Assembly (NCBI GenBank): GCA_021735655.1
Contig: JAIPGM010000001.1
Span: forward strand, 161,728-225,727
Reading direction: 5' to 3'
Origin: Candidatus Omnitrophota bacterium
GTDB taxonomy: Bacteria; Omnitrophota; Gorgyraeia; Duberdicusellales; 4484-171
Length of the DNA: 64,000 nucleotides
Shown: one piece after another, positions 13,201-28,200 of the stretch
Layout: each line of letters starts with the position of its first letter
Position numbering within the stretch: the first letter of the stretch is position 1
Program-made: the position numbers and the translations under genes
Notes under the pieces: generated by a model
Database searches by the model: none
Told to the model about the DNA's origin: nothing
Seen by the model: the letters and a program-made list of their open reading frames with translations, nothing else

Positions 13201-16200
13201 TTATGAAGCAGAGTATTGGTCATTCTTTTTAGCTTTTAAAATTGTTGTTTTGAATATCTTTGCTCAATTTAAAGAAGCAGCCAGGATTGTATTCCGAAAT
13301 AAAATTTTAGTTATTGTTGCCGTGCATATTCCGCAAGCCGAGCAGCCAAAAGCCGGCCCAATTTTAAATATTTTAGAATACTTAAGCCAAAGATTCCCTT
13401 CGAAATATTATAGTGTCTTTGTTGGTTTTCCGGATTCAGGAAATCCCAATTTAAATTTAGATTTAGCTATTCCTCAAGGCTTAACCATTGGCTTAGGTGA
13501 AGGCGATGAATACAACATAGTTAATTCTCAAGGCCTTAAACTTAAATTTAGCTGGCAGTTTGAGGGGCCAGACGATTTAAGCCAAAGAACTTTAAAAATT
13601 GGACGCCACAAGTTATTAATGCCATTGTGCGCTGAAAGTTCTCTTCCGGTATTTTCCGGAGCTAAGAAAAAAATTCCCCATAAGGCTATCTTCATTCCCT
13701 TTATTGCTTTTCGTCCATGTATTGTTACCTGTATGAATGATTTAATATTTCTCAATCTTCCGATAATTGGATTAGATACCGCTAATGGCATATTTTTGTT
13801 TGTTCCCGGCTCAACCCAGATTGATATAGTCGGTACAAACAAGCTTCTGGCCGTAGCAATTAATCATTCCGGCAGGGTGATGGGCAGTTCATTTAAAGAT
13901 TTGGACCAAGTCGTTCCTTTAGATAATGGACGTCAAACCATTTCCCACTTCCGAAGTGGGGAAGGTCAGAGCCGGACCGGCCCGACATCCCGTAATTTCC
14001 CCCTGGATAACGGCGGCCGGAATAATGAAGCTATCGAAAACAATCGGTTTTCATTCGCTAATCGTCTAGGAAAAGTTTTAGTTGCTACTGTTATCGGTGG
14101 AATTTCTTTAGGGTTATTGTATTTATTCGGCGGCCTTGATTGGTATACAAATATAAAAAATAGTATTCCTTTAGGGGCAGTGATTTTCTGGCCGGGGGCT
14201 TTCCTGGATATGGTTACCGGTGTTTTGATCTGGTTAATTTCCGATATCGTCGGTCAATATCTTAATCAGGGTAGAAGCATTCGCTATCGGCAAAGTTTTA
14301 AAGTTGGTGCTTGGGGAGTATTTCAAGGGTTGGCTACTCACATTTTGTATAATTTAGTTGAACTGCTTCCGGTTGTGCCTTTACCTTTAGCGCAAGCAAT
14401 GTTTCGAACTATTTTTACTCTTTTTGGCGGACTGACTATTAACATTTTCTATACCGTGGTTGTAGCCCGGGCTCGTAAAGCATCTAAGGCTGAAGGTTAT
14501 AGCGGCCTAAAGGAGCGCCACAAGGCTTATGATGTTATTTTTAGTAAGTTTATCGTCGCCCCAATCAAAACTTATTTTATAGTTAATCTATTACCTCCGG
14601 CAACGCGGGTTATTAGCGAGCAGGCTTGGGAATACTTAATGAAAGTTTTTGATGCTTATTTGATGAACCGTAAAGATTCACTTTTTTCTAGTTATATTCT
14701 AAATTTATTATCTAGAAAAAAACCTTTAGATAACGGCCGCTCCGGGCAGTCGGATGATCAAATAACTTTGGTTTCTGATAATCTGGTTGACTCATTTAGA
14801 AATGTTAGACAAAGGCTGGTAGTAACTGTTAGGCGCGCACAGATGTCTAGATTGGATTTTAAGCCGGGGATAGTGTCACTTCAGAATATGAGCCCAAAGG
14901 TAGATTATTTCTGCCTTTCTTCAATATCTGAACGCCAAGAAGATATCCAAGCCTATAGGCAAGTTCCTTTAGTACAGGATGGTGCTAGTTTTGGAGAAAG
15001 TTACAGTGAAAAATATCTTATTGCTCAGGAACCGGATACCTTAGTTTTAGTTGAGGGTGATGAAGGGTTGATTGCCAGTTTTGATTATTCGCTTTGTGGT
15101 TGTCTAGTCATTCGGGCTAGAAATCTTTTTGGCATGGCCCACTTAAGTCCATTTATAGATTTTTCGGATGAAGAGATGGAAATTGAAAATGATCGGATTT
15201 ATTATAAATATTTATCAGTTTTAGATTATTTCAAATTACAGGGATATAAAGATGTTCAAATTTTTCTCAGTTTGAATGAGCTGCTTCAGGGATTTAAAAC
15301 TTTAAAAGCTAGGCTTTGGTCGGCTGGTGATAGCGATGCGACTAATCGTCAGAGAGTGGTAGATCTTCTTGGGATTGAGGCTAGGCAACGCGGCATAGCT
15401 GTTGTTGATCGCCGCCTTCGACAAAAGTCTGAGGTTCTAGATGTCCTGGGTTTTCCGAGAAAAATGATTAGCCGTCAATGGCTTAATCGCGGCACAAAAC
15501 CCGAAAGTTTTGAAATAATATTTATTGAGACTAGAGATGAGTTGCCAGTAGCCATAAACTCAGAGACTCAACAACCCGAGATTGAATACTTTCAATTCGC
15601 TTGGCCTGTTGTGATACCTCTCGATAATGGCCGCCGGAAACTACCAAATGATGACTGGATTTGGGTTAATGGAGAGAGTTTGCAATTTGTTGGCCGGGAC
15701 GGTTTATTGATAACAGGAATGGAGGGCCGGGGTAAAAGTTTTTTGGCCAGAAAAATATACGATAGCGATGATAGATGGAAAGTCGTATCCTGCGGAGCTA
15801 CTCATGTATGTATAAGGAATGAATTAGCAGAAAGAGCGCTTTTAGGCAGACGTTTATCCGAAAATAATCTTTTATATTCCCGGCTGTCAGGAACAATCCC
15901 GGTAGAACTATCGTTAGATGTAGTTGTTAGGTTGAACTGGGTTATGGCCTTAGACGATCTATACCGAGAAATTTTAGGGGGATTGTTGGCCGATGCCGGG
16001 CAAAGAGAGTCTTTGGGCCTCAAAATTATAGATATGAGCGATCTAGACGTAACTCGGCAATGGCCGAAAGTGTTGAAGTTCATCAATGCGTCTATTGTGA
16101 AACCAGAGACTTACGATAAAGGAAATAGTTTATTTCAAGTCCCTCTTGATAATGGTAGACGAGCTCAAGTTGAACAGGAACGGGAATTTTTGATCCAGAC

Positions 16201-19200
16201 AATCATAAATGTTTTTAGCCAAGGTGAAGGATTATGCCTGGAGCCGGCGCAGATAGAGGCAGCTATTGCTGTAGATACATCATTTGATGAATACAGGATA
16301 GCTAGAAACTTGCCGATAGTTATTGGCCTAAAGGGTAATATTTATGAAAATTGTCCTTTGGCTAGCAAGCCTCTTCTTCTTGTGTTTACCGGCAGAGGAA
16401 GCATAACTAAACCAGAGCTTATCTTCAATGCCTACACCCAGCAAGGTTTAGTCAGAGAAGCAAGCCGTTTAAGTCGTTCGATGGAAACTAAAAATGCAAT
16501 TTGGGAGATACCTTATCATGGCAAGAAGACGGCTTTCATATTGGAAGATAAAAATAACTGGATTGCTTTGGCGGCAGTTTATGGTCCTGAAGATATTTAC
16601 CAACAAGGACTATTGATCTGTAAGGGTGGAGATAGGATAACCAGGTTAGGTACAGAAATTTCTCAAGCCGCTGGTGAGGCAGATGAGGAAGCTATATTTT
16701 CTGATTATTCCCGGGCCTTAGTGGTTGCTCGTCTTTTAGGATTTTCTATCCTTGATGGTCCAGATATGATGCGCCGGGTTAACCGGCGGATGAGCGCTAT
16801 GATCGCGGCAGCAAAAGAGACTGTGGCCGATATCAATGAGTTTGCTAAGGCATACCCTGGTTATGAGGCTGTTGATACACATCACATACTTAAACCTACT
16901 ACCAGTAATCCGGTGGAAGAGGGAGGTTTCCCGCACACTGAATGGATGGTGACTAGTCGAGGGGTTGTTCAGGGGACGGTTACTGCTTTGCGTTGGCTTA
17001 GACAGGTTCTTGACGTTGGAGAGAATAGGTACCCTGAGGAAGTGGTAAGATTTGTTAAAAATTTGAATATATTTGGAAGTCCGATGAGCTATATTGTCCA
17101 AGGCTTTGGTGATGTTGGCAGCGGCATCACTAAGCTTTTTTTGACTATTTTTAAGATTTTTGGGTTTCAGGCCAGGGGTTTTAATAACCGTTACTTTGCA
17201 ATTTATCGCCGCGAAGGATTACCTAAACCATTTTTAGTTGAGGCGCGGGAGATCGTTGAAGTTTCTCCTGATGCTTTAGATCTAGGGAGATTACTGGCAA
17301 TGAAGAGTTTTGATGACCAATTACAGGGGGCGGTGGTTTGGATAGCTAATCCAATTAACCCGAAAACTAAAGAGCCAGTATTTGGTCCTGCTGATGTGGA
17401 CAGAGTAAATCAAGCTCTTGCTGAAAGAGGTGTTACTGCTATTTGGGGTGATCAGACAGTAGTAAATGAACTAATTTATCAAAAGGCAACCGTGCTTTTT
17501 CTGGCTGCAACCGCTAATGTTATTAGTGAACTTTCTCAGGTTGAAAGATTGCAGGTTAAGATTATTTCTGAGGGAGCTAATAATGCAGTTAAACCTGAGT
17601 TAAGAGAGCCTTTAAGAAAAGCTAATGTATTTTATATTCCTGGTGAGCTTCTTAACGGCGGGGGCATATATGCTTCTAAGGAAGATATTCGGCATAACCA
17701 TACCGATGGATCAGAATTAATAAGGCAACATCGGCAATACTATTATATACATGTAACTGATGAGATCGACACATTGGCTCTTCACCGAATGATTTCTTTC
17801 CTTGAGATTTGGGCTGAGTCAGCAGGAAATTTTTCTTTTGATTTAACCGTCCATGTAGAAAAAGTTGCCGGCCGGATTTTTGAAGCAGCTGATAATTTGG
17901 TAAGAACCAATAATACACGTTTGAGAAAATTTACCCAAATTGATCAAAAGAGAACCTTTGATCATCAAGCCGGCCGGCCGACTTTGCCTTGGCGTCATAG
18001 TCTTTATGAAATTGCCATTGAAATGGCACCAATGGGAATACTTTATCATTTGCGGGATGTCGGTAGACACTTATCTTTACTTAATAGATTTAAGGTTGCA
18101 ATAAAGGAAGATGGTCAGATAGATAATTATCATATATGTCGTCTGCGTTTTGCTTTATTTGAGTTGACCAAGCTAGGCTATTATTTAAAAAGTAACCAGC
18201 GCAGAAGGTTAATCGGCCTTCTTCCTGGAATAATTACCGATGAAAAGTGTGATGGCCTATTAAGGAAAGATGCCATGTTTTGTTTGGCAATGGCAATTAG
18301 GTGGCAGGAAGAAGAATCCTGTAAATCTGAGGTAGATCGGGCAAGAAAATTATATTTAGGCATATTACAAAATCCCCTTGAAAGTGCTCAGCTGCATACC
18401 TGGGCTCAGCATTGTCTCTATAGGATTTTCGGAGAAAATTACTTCCGGCGGATAAGCGCTGATTTTGATCGCTTAAACGGAGTTAACTTACCCAAGCCGC
18501 TTGATAACGGTCGGGATAGTTCGGTCGGGATTACCTCAGAACCGTTAAGAATTTTAGCCGAGCTAATTTCGAATAGTTATCGGACTAAGGCTTTAGTAGA
18601 ATTTTTGCAGCCTTTCTTAGATTGTGAATCTGTTAATTATTTACAAGAAGAGATAGCAAAGCATTGCCAGCTACCGGCCTGGGGTGTTGTTTCTTCTAGC
18701 CATTATCTTGATGAAGGGTATTTCTATTATGGTTTAAAATCCGGTATTGATCGCTGTCTCGAAAGAGGAGTTATGGTTGAGAATGACGGTAACAGATTAT
18801 ACGTTACTAAAGATTCAGAGGATACCGTAAAATATAGCGGCCTTGACGAAACTCAAGAAAACCAGTGGGGAATTTTTATTTTTCCAAGCGAGTATTTCAA
18901 TCAGGCTATCAATTGCGGTTATGCCGAGGCCGGCTTAAGGCTTTCACATAACCGCTTAGGCATAACTACTTATCCATACTTCAAAAGTTCTTTATCGCTT
19001 GCGCCGGCACGCTTTCTGATAATTGATAGATCTAAGGCAGATGAACATAGGCACCTGGAAGGCCAGCCGAAGCTAAAAGATAAACTTCAAGCCTTGACCG
19101 AAGCAGGATTGAAGGTTCTATGGTTGCCGGATTCTTCCGGCCCATTCTTTGACCCTGATTTCCAATATGCTTTCGGGGAGTTGTTGTTTAGTAATGATAT

Positions 19201-22200
19201 TCCGGAAACCAATCGCTTTCTTTTTTATCCGTCCGCAGATACTCAAGATCTTACAAAAATCATCTGGTGGGTTTTACAGTCGTTAAGAATGAGTAGTATA
19301 AAAAATCGGCTATTACATAATATGGAGTTAGCTCGGCAATTTAAAAAAATCGGCCCCTTTGATAATGGGCGAGCTGATTTTACAACAGCAGACGAACAGA
19401 TCGGTAATCTTTTTGCTGAGGCAGTTATTACAGGAGATAATGTTTTAATTGAGACTCATTGGGATGCTGTAGCGGCTAAGAGAGGCGGCAGTTTGAATAT
19501 TTTAGAACATGCTGGCTTAAGGATTACAAGAAGTTTAGCTTTAGGAATTGTACCGCGGGCTGGTGAATGGCCGGATAGGGTTGAAACCGATCAAATCATT
19601 CTGAGTTCATCTCGCTATGGTTGGATCGATTCTGAAAGAGATATTGAGCATTTGTTAAGCGGCTTTGATCAAGCCAGATTGCTTAATTCGTTTAATCTTG
19701 GCCATTATTATCAGGGTTGTCACTATCGAAGTTTCCTAAGCTGGCTAGCGGTTTTAAAGAGTAGTCATTTCCCGGCAGTTATTTTTCATTTCATAGGTGA
19801 GCTAATTAATTCTTGGGGTATTAAGCCAGCTGCTAAGAGTGATTTTCCAGTTTTGGCCAGTCGAAGGGATATCTTTTCTTTCGTTAGCGTGCCTTATGTT
19901 TCAGATATAGAAAAATTAGATTTGCCAGTTGCAGTGTTTTTTGATGGTAAGCTTAGTTCGCTTAGGCGTGGCGATAGCCGGAAACAGCCAACTTTAATAT
20001 TAGCTTATTGGCAAGCTTTGAATGGTTTTATTGGTTTTAAAGAACAGATAGCTAGGGAAACAGCAGAATTTCAGAATACCCCTTTAGATAATGGCCGCAA
20101 AGAGCATGACATCTCTGATAGTACGGTAATCCAATGGCCGCTTAATGTAATTGTTAAAGATATGCGCGGTTTATCCAAAGGCGAGATATTAGCTGTTGTT
20201 AAAACCGGTAAAATATTTTGGGGAAGGGAAATAGTAGGAGCTATTTTTTCTGACCGCAATATTGTTTTTGGTAAAGTGGTCGATGATAAGTTTATAGTAT
20301 TTGATGATTGGTTAATTGAAAGAATTCCTGGAGGATTGTTAGAGGGGTTGCGGAGAAGCATTTTATTTTTGCCTTATTTAGGAAGTATTTTAAGAAACAA
20401 GACATCGTCAATAAATAAACCCCTGGATAATGGCAAGAAATATAATTATCGGCAAGTCCTAGAGATGGTTGACTGTTTTGATAGTGCAAGGTTAGAGGCT
20501 CACTTATTTAGAGCTCTTGGCAGAGTTGAGACTGAAGCCGTATCTATAGCTGGTGATATTATTAGGGCGGCTAGAAAATTTGAACGGATAACTAAAGCAG
20601 TAAAATCTCTTTATAGGAAAACTTACGGCAAGCTACCTAATTTTACTCTTGCTTTCGATCCTTCCGGTCAAGGTATGTATGGGGCGTATCAGGAGGATGA
20701 TACAGCCGGATTTTTTGATCATATTGGCGTAGCTCCAGAAGATGTGCTGCTTGAGGTAGGCAGCGGCGATGGAAGCATTTCGGATTTCATGGCCCATATG
20801 TTTGGGATTAAGGCAACTGGGATTGAGGTTTGGGAGCCATATTATCATTACGCAGTTTTCTTAAGAGATGAAGCAGTAAGAAGAAGATTCATTCCAGAAG
20901 GTAAAGTAGATTTTTTAAATAATAATTTAGTAGATGTTGATTTTTCAAAGTATTCTTTAGTGTACTACGCTGCTCTTGGCACAAGAAGAAAAAGTGAGCT
21001 GGCTGCTAGATTGCTTGGGGTAAGAGAAAAATCCAGGATATTAATTCGGGGTTCACCTGATGAGTTAGTGGAAGGGATTATCGCATCACATCCTGATTTT
21101 AGCTTAAGGAAGCTTGAGATAGAAGTTAATGAAAACCTTACTGGAATTAAGGCAAGGGTTTATACTCGAGAGACAATTACCAGTTACCAGCCGGTTCTCG
21201 ACGTTCCTCTAGATAATGGCCGAAAAAATAACCCTCAGATGGTCAGAGCGCGCTTAGCCGCATTTGAAAAATCAATCGAGGGCATCGTGCCTAGGGCAGA
21301 TCCGCTTTATGACCATTTAATTCGTTTTTATCAATATCCTTTGAATAATTTGGGTGAACCTGACGAAGAGACCTATGTAAGGAATAATACCAAGGAGCAG
21401 GAGCGGGAGCTTCTTAGATTCTGGGCCGGCCATTTCGGCCTTCCTAAAAATTACGGCGGTCATGTGACTATCGGAATCGGTCAGGCTGAATATTATGCCA
21501 TGTACGTGGCTAGCAATCGATTTCCCAAGGCTATATTTTATATTTCTAATCAGGTCGATAGCCTTCTTTATGATACTTTACAGGTGTTGGGCATTGATCA
21601 AGGAAGAATAAAGTTAATTAGGTCTTTAGAGAATGGCGAGATCGACTATGGTGATTTAAAGAGAAAGATTAGGGAGAATTCATCATGGCCGGCGGTGGTC
21701 TGCTTGACTGCTGGCAGATTCCTGGGGGCGGTTGATGATTTAGGAAAAGTGGAAGGAATTTTAGGGAGCCTGGGCCTAAAGCATAAACATATTCATTGCA
21801 GCATGTCACCGTTAAGTATAGGCCAGTCGTTTTTGGAAGATGCGGCAAAGATAGATTTTCAACATGGCTTAGATAGCATGAGTCTACCGTTGTATCATTT
21901 TGTAAGGTGTCCGATGCCAGGAGTCATCGTTCTTACCAGAAGGAAATACCTTCAGAACATTGCTTGTAGTCAAAAAGCAGCTGAGTATGTTAACTCTAAC
22001 GACACCACTAATTCTGGATCACGTAGTGGTCATGCTCCGCTTTATCTTTGGTTTGCTACAAAAGTTATTGGGACTAAAGGATTTAAGGCTCAGGCTGAGC
22101 GGGCCAGGGAAGTTTGTGTTTCTATTAAAGCTCTATTTGACCGTTACGGTTATCCTTGCCGGTTCACCGCGCAAAAAAATACAATAATCTTTGAGCCACC

Positions 22201-25200
22201 ATTTTATGAGTTGCGTCAAAAATGGGGCTTATTATCACACGGGCAATGGTCCTGTTTTGAGATTGTACCTTATTTGACCCCGGTTGAGATAGCCGAATTT
22301 GTAAGTGATCTTTTAGGTGATCATTCTCAAGCGGTAGCCGCCCCGGTAGAAACCGTATTTCCGGAACGGATTGTCTATGAACCGTCTCCGGAAGTCTTAG
22401 ATGTTTTGGATCAATTAGAAGCAAGGATCCAAATTTTGATGGAAAGATTTTTAGGATTTCCGGCAAATATCGCCGGCAATGAGACATCTTTTGCTGCCTT
22501 GAGCAGCTTGTTTAAATACACCTTGAGAAAAAAGGATGTGGAAGGTTTTCGACACGAAGCCTTGAAATTTTTTACTGATCTTTACGGTTTAAGGTACGAA
22601 GATTTTTACTGCGGCATAACTGCTGGAGGAACCTGGGGAAATCGGGTTGGCCTATTAGTTGGCCGGGAAAATTTTCCCGGCGGGATACTTTATTACAGTC
22701 AGGATTCGCACTACTCGATTGATAAAGTGGCCAGGAGCCTTAACATGGAAGTAAGAAAGGTCGCCTCTTTGTCTAACGGCCAAATTGATTATGATGAATT
22801 AGCCGAAGCCATAGAGGAAAATCGTGGCCGCCCGGTAATTGTAAATCTTAACATCGGCACAACTATGAAAGGCGCTATCGATAATCCCCAAAGAGTTATT
22901 GAAATATTAAGAGAACAGGATGTTACTGATTACTATATCCATTGTGATGCCGCGCTTTTTGGTATGATTTTACCGTTTCTCGAGGCTGCGCCAAAAATTG
23001 ATCTGGCTAACGGCGTCCATAGTATTGCCATATCCGGACATAAATTTCTCGGCCTACCGATGCCTTCGGGCATATTCATGGTTCGGAAAAATTGTGCTAG
23101 GGATAGATTGATAACTATTTCGGATCGATTATTGACTGCCCAAACTGGCCATGTCATTTTGTATTTTTGGCAGGCTGTTGCTAGCCGAGGGTATGAGGGT
23201 TGCAGAGAAGAAGCTATGGCTTGTGTGGATAATGCCCAATATCTTTATTACAGATTACAGGAAAGGGGATTGCCTTCGGAGGTAAACCCTTTTTCCAATA
23301 TAACAATGTTTTCCCGGCCATCGGGTAGCCTAATTGACACTTGGCAGTTAGCGCCTTGCGGGGACCGCGTCCACGTAGTGGCCATGCAGCATGTTACCAG
23401 AGATAAGATTGATGCTTTTGTCCAAGAGTTAACTAGGGATATGCAGCAAGGGCAGATAGAACTAGCTAGTTCTATGCAGCCTCTTGATAATGGTAGACGG
23501 CGCAAAGCATCGCTAGTGCCAGAGGTAGGCCTTGATGAATTAGTTGAAAAACATTTAGGAAACTTGAAGTTGATATCTTCTGAGTATGGAAAAAGCGTAG
23601 GCATGTTATCTACTATTTTAAGACGACCAGACAATGAGAGCCTTCAACAAAGAGCAGAGGAGTTGAGGAAGATTGGTCCTGGCCGTCTGGCCTTAGCAGC
23701 TGACTTAGGCGAATTCGGAGTAGATAGTTTGAAAATTGGTCAGAAGTATGGCGTTGGCCGAAGAACAGCGGCTAGTTGGCTTGTTAATAATGGATTTGGC
23801 GATAGGGTTAATAGCGCTAGATATAGTCGAAGTAGAACATTAAGACGTCAAAAAATAGCTCAGGAATATGAGCCGATTGCTCGCTTATTAGATGGTGAAG
23901 GCAATCTTTTACAGACATTTTATACCCATATTTCTTGGAAAGAGGTATCTGCTTATCCTTTCGCTGTTTTAGATGAATTAGAAATCCAAGCTACCGAAGT
24001 TTTAAGTTATGGTGGTAAGCAATGGGGTCAGTTTAAGGGGCATGCTGGCCATAGAGCTCGGATAACATTGGAGTGGGGCTATCCAATAGAAGTTGCTATG
24101 TCTAGCAAAAGAGGAGTTGATCAAGGTAGCTATAGAGCCATGCAGCTTAGGACCTATCAGTCAACTCTTTTTGATAGAGAGGGGGAACTCTTAGATACTG
24201 CTTTTTTCGTTTTTGGTTACGATGAAGATTTATGTCGGGGAACAACAAAAGTTGTTAACTATCAATTAACCAAGGCTGGAAGAATTAGTATTTTTGGTGA
24301 TGAACAAATACAGCTAATAAAACATAAACAAGCCTGGGCTAATTTAGTTGCAGTGGATGGAAAGGTGGTCAGGGCTACCATTCTTGATAGAGAGGGCGGG
24401 AATGAGGTTATTACTTATAATTTTTCTCGAGTGTATGATGAAAACAACCGAGTAATTTACACTTTTACTGGAGGTTTAGAGTTTAAGCAAAGCAGTGTGC
24501 CGCCTGCGTTGTTGAAATCTTTAGCTAGAGGAAGAATTGAAGGTATTTACCTAAAAGGTGGTCGTGGCAACTTAACTATTGGCGGCAGAACTTGGGTTGT
24601 TTTAAGTGACTATAAAAATTATCCATGTAGGGCTTATATTGAAGAAGGGCTTGTGGTCAGAGTAGAGGTTTTAGGTGAAGAAGGAGAGGCTGTTTTTACC
24701 AAGCATTCTCACCGCCTTTATGATAGAGAAGATAACTTTGTCGAAGTATTTTATGATTCTATTTCACCAGAGCGACTTAACCAGGTTGGTTTGTGTCGTA
24801 GCAGTCCACTTATTGTGACTCCTTCAGGAGAGTTATGCTTATCTGGAAATCGTTATACTTTTGAAAATGAAGGCGGCTCTAAGGCTATTGTTTGGATTGA
24901 ACCCGGAGTTAAGTTCACCAGAAATAGAAAGCCGGATGGTAAAGCAGTTAGAATTGATTTTTATGATCAATATATGCATTATAAGCATACCCGTTATGCA
25001 GTCAGAATCTATGAAGATGAAGGAGTTTTAATTGATACTTTTTTTGGTCCAGGATATGCTGAGAAGCTAAAGATTTTTGGTGATGTAATTGGCTTTGCTC
25101 AACTCGATACGTTAGGTTCTCTTAATATTGGCTACACAACCCATACCTTTACTAAATATGGTGACCCTCGACATTTTGTTAGATTTAGTCTACACCAGGC

Positions 25201-28200
25201 TCAAGTTCTGGATGTAGATGTTCTTGGCCATGACTATTGTCATATCGATAGAGTTGGCTTTGACGCTTGGCCTGATATGGCTATCGATCACTTTGAAATG
25301 GCCCGAATTGTTGATGAGCAGGATCAGCTATTACACACTTTTTGGTACGGTGTTTATTCAGAACGGATTCCCAATAGAGGTAGAGCTAGAATTTTAGGGG
25401 CGACTTTTACTGCCGGAGGTCACCTGCGACTTGGTAACGAAGATGTTTATCATGATGCGAACTTTCCCGAAGCTAGAGTAAATGTTACTTATATTGACGG
25501 AGAAGTAAGTGAGATATTAATTTATCAGGATGCTCAAGGCAACTCAGTAAATTATCATTATACTAAAAAGCAGATAGATAATTATAAGCGCAGAGTGCAA
25601 TATTATAATCTGCGCGGTCATGTATTCGAGCATGCTTTAAGAGTTGCCTTACCTTTTTTAAGCGACTGCCCTTTTGATTATCAAAAGCGCATTGGTGGTG
25701 AAGTTGATGGGTGGGTTGATGGTGAAGCTGAACCAAAGCCAGCTGATTCCAGATCACTTAAACGTCCAGATTTTACTAGTCCTTTTAGCTGGGCAATGAG
25801 TGAAGGGGTATTGTGCTATATTGATGCTAAATTCAATCTTAGAATTAAGTTTTTAATAGAATATCTAGAGGCAATTAAAGAGACTTTAAGAACTGATTAT
25901 TTTACTGATTGTGATGCCCCAGTTGAAACACATTTTGTAGGAAGAGTTATATTTGAGATAGTTTATTTAGGCAGAGTAAGTGAAGCTAATGTAGAGGCAA
26001 AGTTAGCTGGTCATCAGAGAAATTTTTCAGCTACCAATTCTGAGATGCTCACCTTGAAACCAGTTAGCTTTCTTGATGAGTACGGAGATAGGCTTAAGAC
26101 CGCTGGTCAGGATACTTTAGTAAGGTTTCTGAGACATCTGAGAGTTTTTCATTATAAGCCAGGTCGCAAGAAAGCCTTAGATAGCTATTTAGCCCAATTA
26201 GAACAGGATAAAATTCCCGAGATAGCCGATGAGCAGACTAATCTTTTTTCAAGGCCGCTGGATAATGGCCGAGAAAGATTATTGGTTAGTAGCGGTAATA
26301 GTCATTTAAAAAGTTTTCGTGAGGCGAAAGGTTTATTAGCAAAATTAAAATGTACAGACATTTTTGGGGTTGTCATGGGTTATCGCGCTGCCTTAGCTGA
26401 TAGAGATAATTATCAGAGAGTATTTGCTCGTGATTCTGTTTGGATGGGGTTAGCCGAAATGCTTTCCGGCTGTAAAGGTAGTTTAGCTTTAACATTAAGC
26501 GTATTAAAACATCATCAATGTCGGTACGGACAGAGACGCGGGGCTATTCCGAGTAACATTTCAAGGTATCATCGGGTAAGTTATGGGACAACTAGCCCAA
26601 GAATTGATCCAACCCTTCTTTATATTGTTAGTTCTGGCCAATATTATCGGTCCAGACCAGCCTATTTTCAAAAACAGTTTCTCGTTGAAAATTTATCGCC
26701 GCTACAAAAAGCTATAGCATATTTAGAAAGACAATGGGTTATGGATAACGGTTTATTGTTTATTCCGATTGCCGGAGATTGGGCTGATGAATATTTTCAA
26801 CAAGGCCTTGTTTTGTATGATGAAGTTTTATGGTATATGGCACTTTCAGAGTATGCCTACCTTTTAGCTGAAGATAATAATTCTAATTCAGAAGTTTATC
26901 AAGCTAAGGCTGCTTGGGTAAAGAATATAGTCAGATCCAAATTTTGGATAAATAAAAATCCCGGTCAAGGCAATTTGGGGCATTTCCGTCATTTTTTCAA
27001 TCAATTACAAAGCCCGAATCAGGCAGCGACATTTGGCTGTCCCTATGATAGCTTTGATGCTTTTGGTAATATTTTGGCAATTCTTTCCGGCGTGGCTACA
27101 GAGGAGCAAACTGCTCAGATAATTAAATATATTGATGTAATTTCAGAAAATAATCAGCCATTACTGGTGCCGGCACATTATCCGGCAGAAGAAGTTGAAC
27201 ATTTTGTTCACACAGGTGCTCCGTATCGGTATCAATTTAAGAATAATCCCGGGTGTTATCATAATGCTGGTTTATGGTCATGGTATACAGGTTTATATGT
27301 TGCGGCATTAGTGAAAGCCGGCCGATTAGACCGGGCGGCTAAATTTTTAGAAGGGGTACAGCTAGCCAATGAAGCTAAGGACTCAAATGGCCGGGGGTAT
27401 CATGAGTACCATACTAATATTCCCGGTCAATTGAGTAGGCCGGGTGGAGTTAGCAATTTAGGTGTCAGCGCTGCTGGTTATATAATAGCTCACCAAGCAT
27501 TTTTTAAAAATAAGATTGTTTTTGGTCAGAATCATCCTTTAGACAACGGCCGTCAGATGCCTGATTATTTTTCTCCGGTTGGAGACGTCAATGTAACTCT
27601 TAATAGTTCTTCAGAAAAAGCCCCCCTTGATAACGGAAGAAATTATTCCAGTTCGCCAATATTTCAAGAGACAACCTTTACCTATTGGTTAAGAGTGAGT
27701 TTATATTTATTAAGATTTTTGCTTAGTGCACCTTATTATTTTATTATTACTTTAGTTGTATCAAGAATGATGAAAGGAAAAAACATTTTATTTGTATCTT
27801 ACCGTATTAATGAATTTGCTTTAGATGGAGTATCTTTAGAAATAAAAGAGTGGCGAAATCTTTTATATCGATTGGGCGCACATATTTTTCTATTTTCTGG
27901 TCATAGCAAAATTGTTCAGGATGGAAGTATCACCGGTCAGGCTCCGGATTGCATTGAGAGTGATTTTCTTGCTGAACAGGCAACAAAAATAAGAGAGAAG
28001 ATTGAAAGAGAGGGAAAGCTAGATGCTGAAGATTTTGAATTAATTCATAGAGCAAAAGAGATAATTAAACGCAATCTGCGTAAGTGTATCTTGGAAAATA
28101 ATATTCACTACATTGTTTCGGAAAATGTATTTTGTCTACCGGGAAACCTCGCTCTTGCCGAGGCACTTATAGAACTTGCCGAAGAGTTTCCTCGGTTAGG

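Noticed and set aside
640-25757. Minus-strand ORFs of 60 to 128 aa inside the giant ORF (for example 16736..17101 and 23248..23634).
   Set aside because: They are antisense to strongly coding sequence, have low-complexity or unrecognisable translations, and carry no start-context or domain signals. They are typical shadow ORFs.
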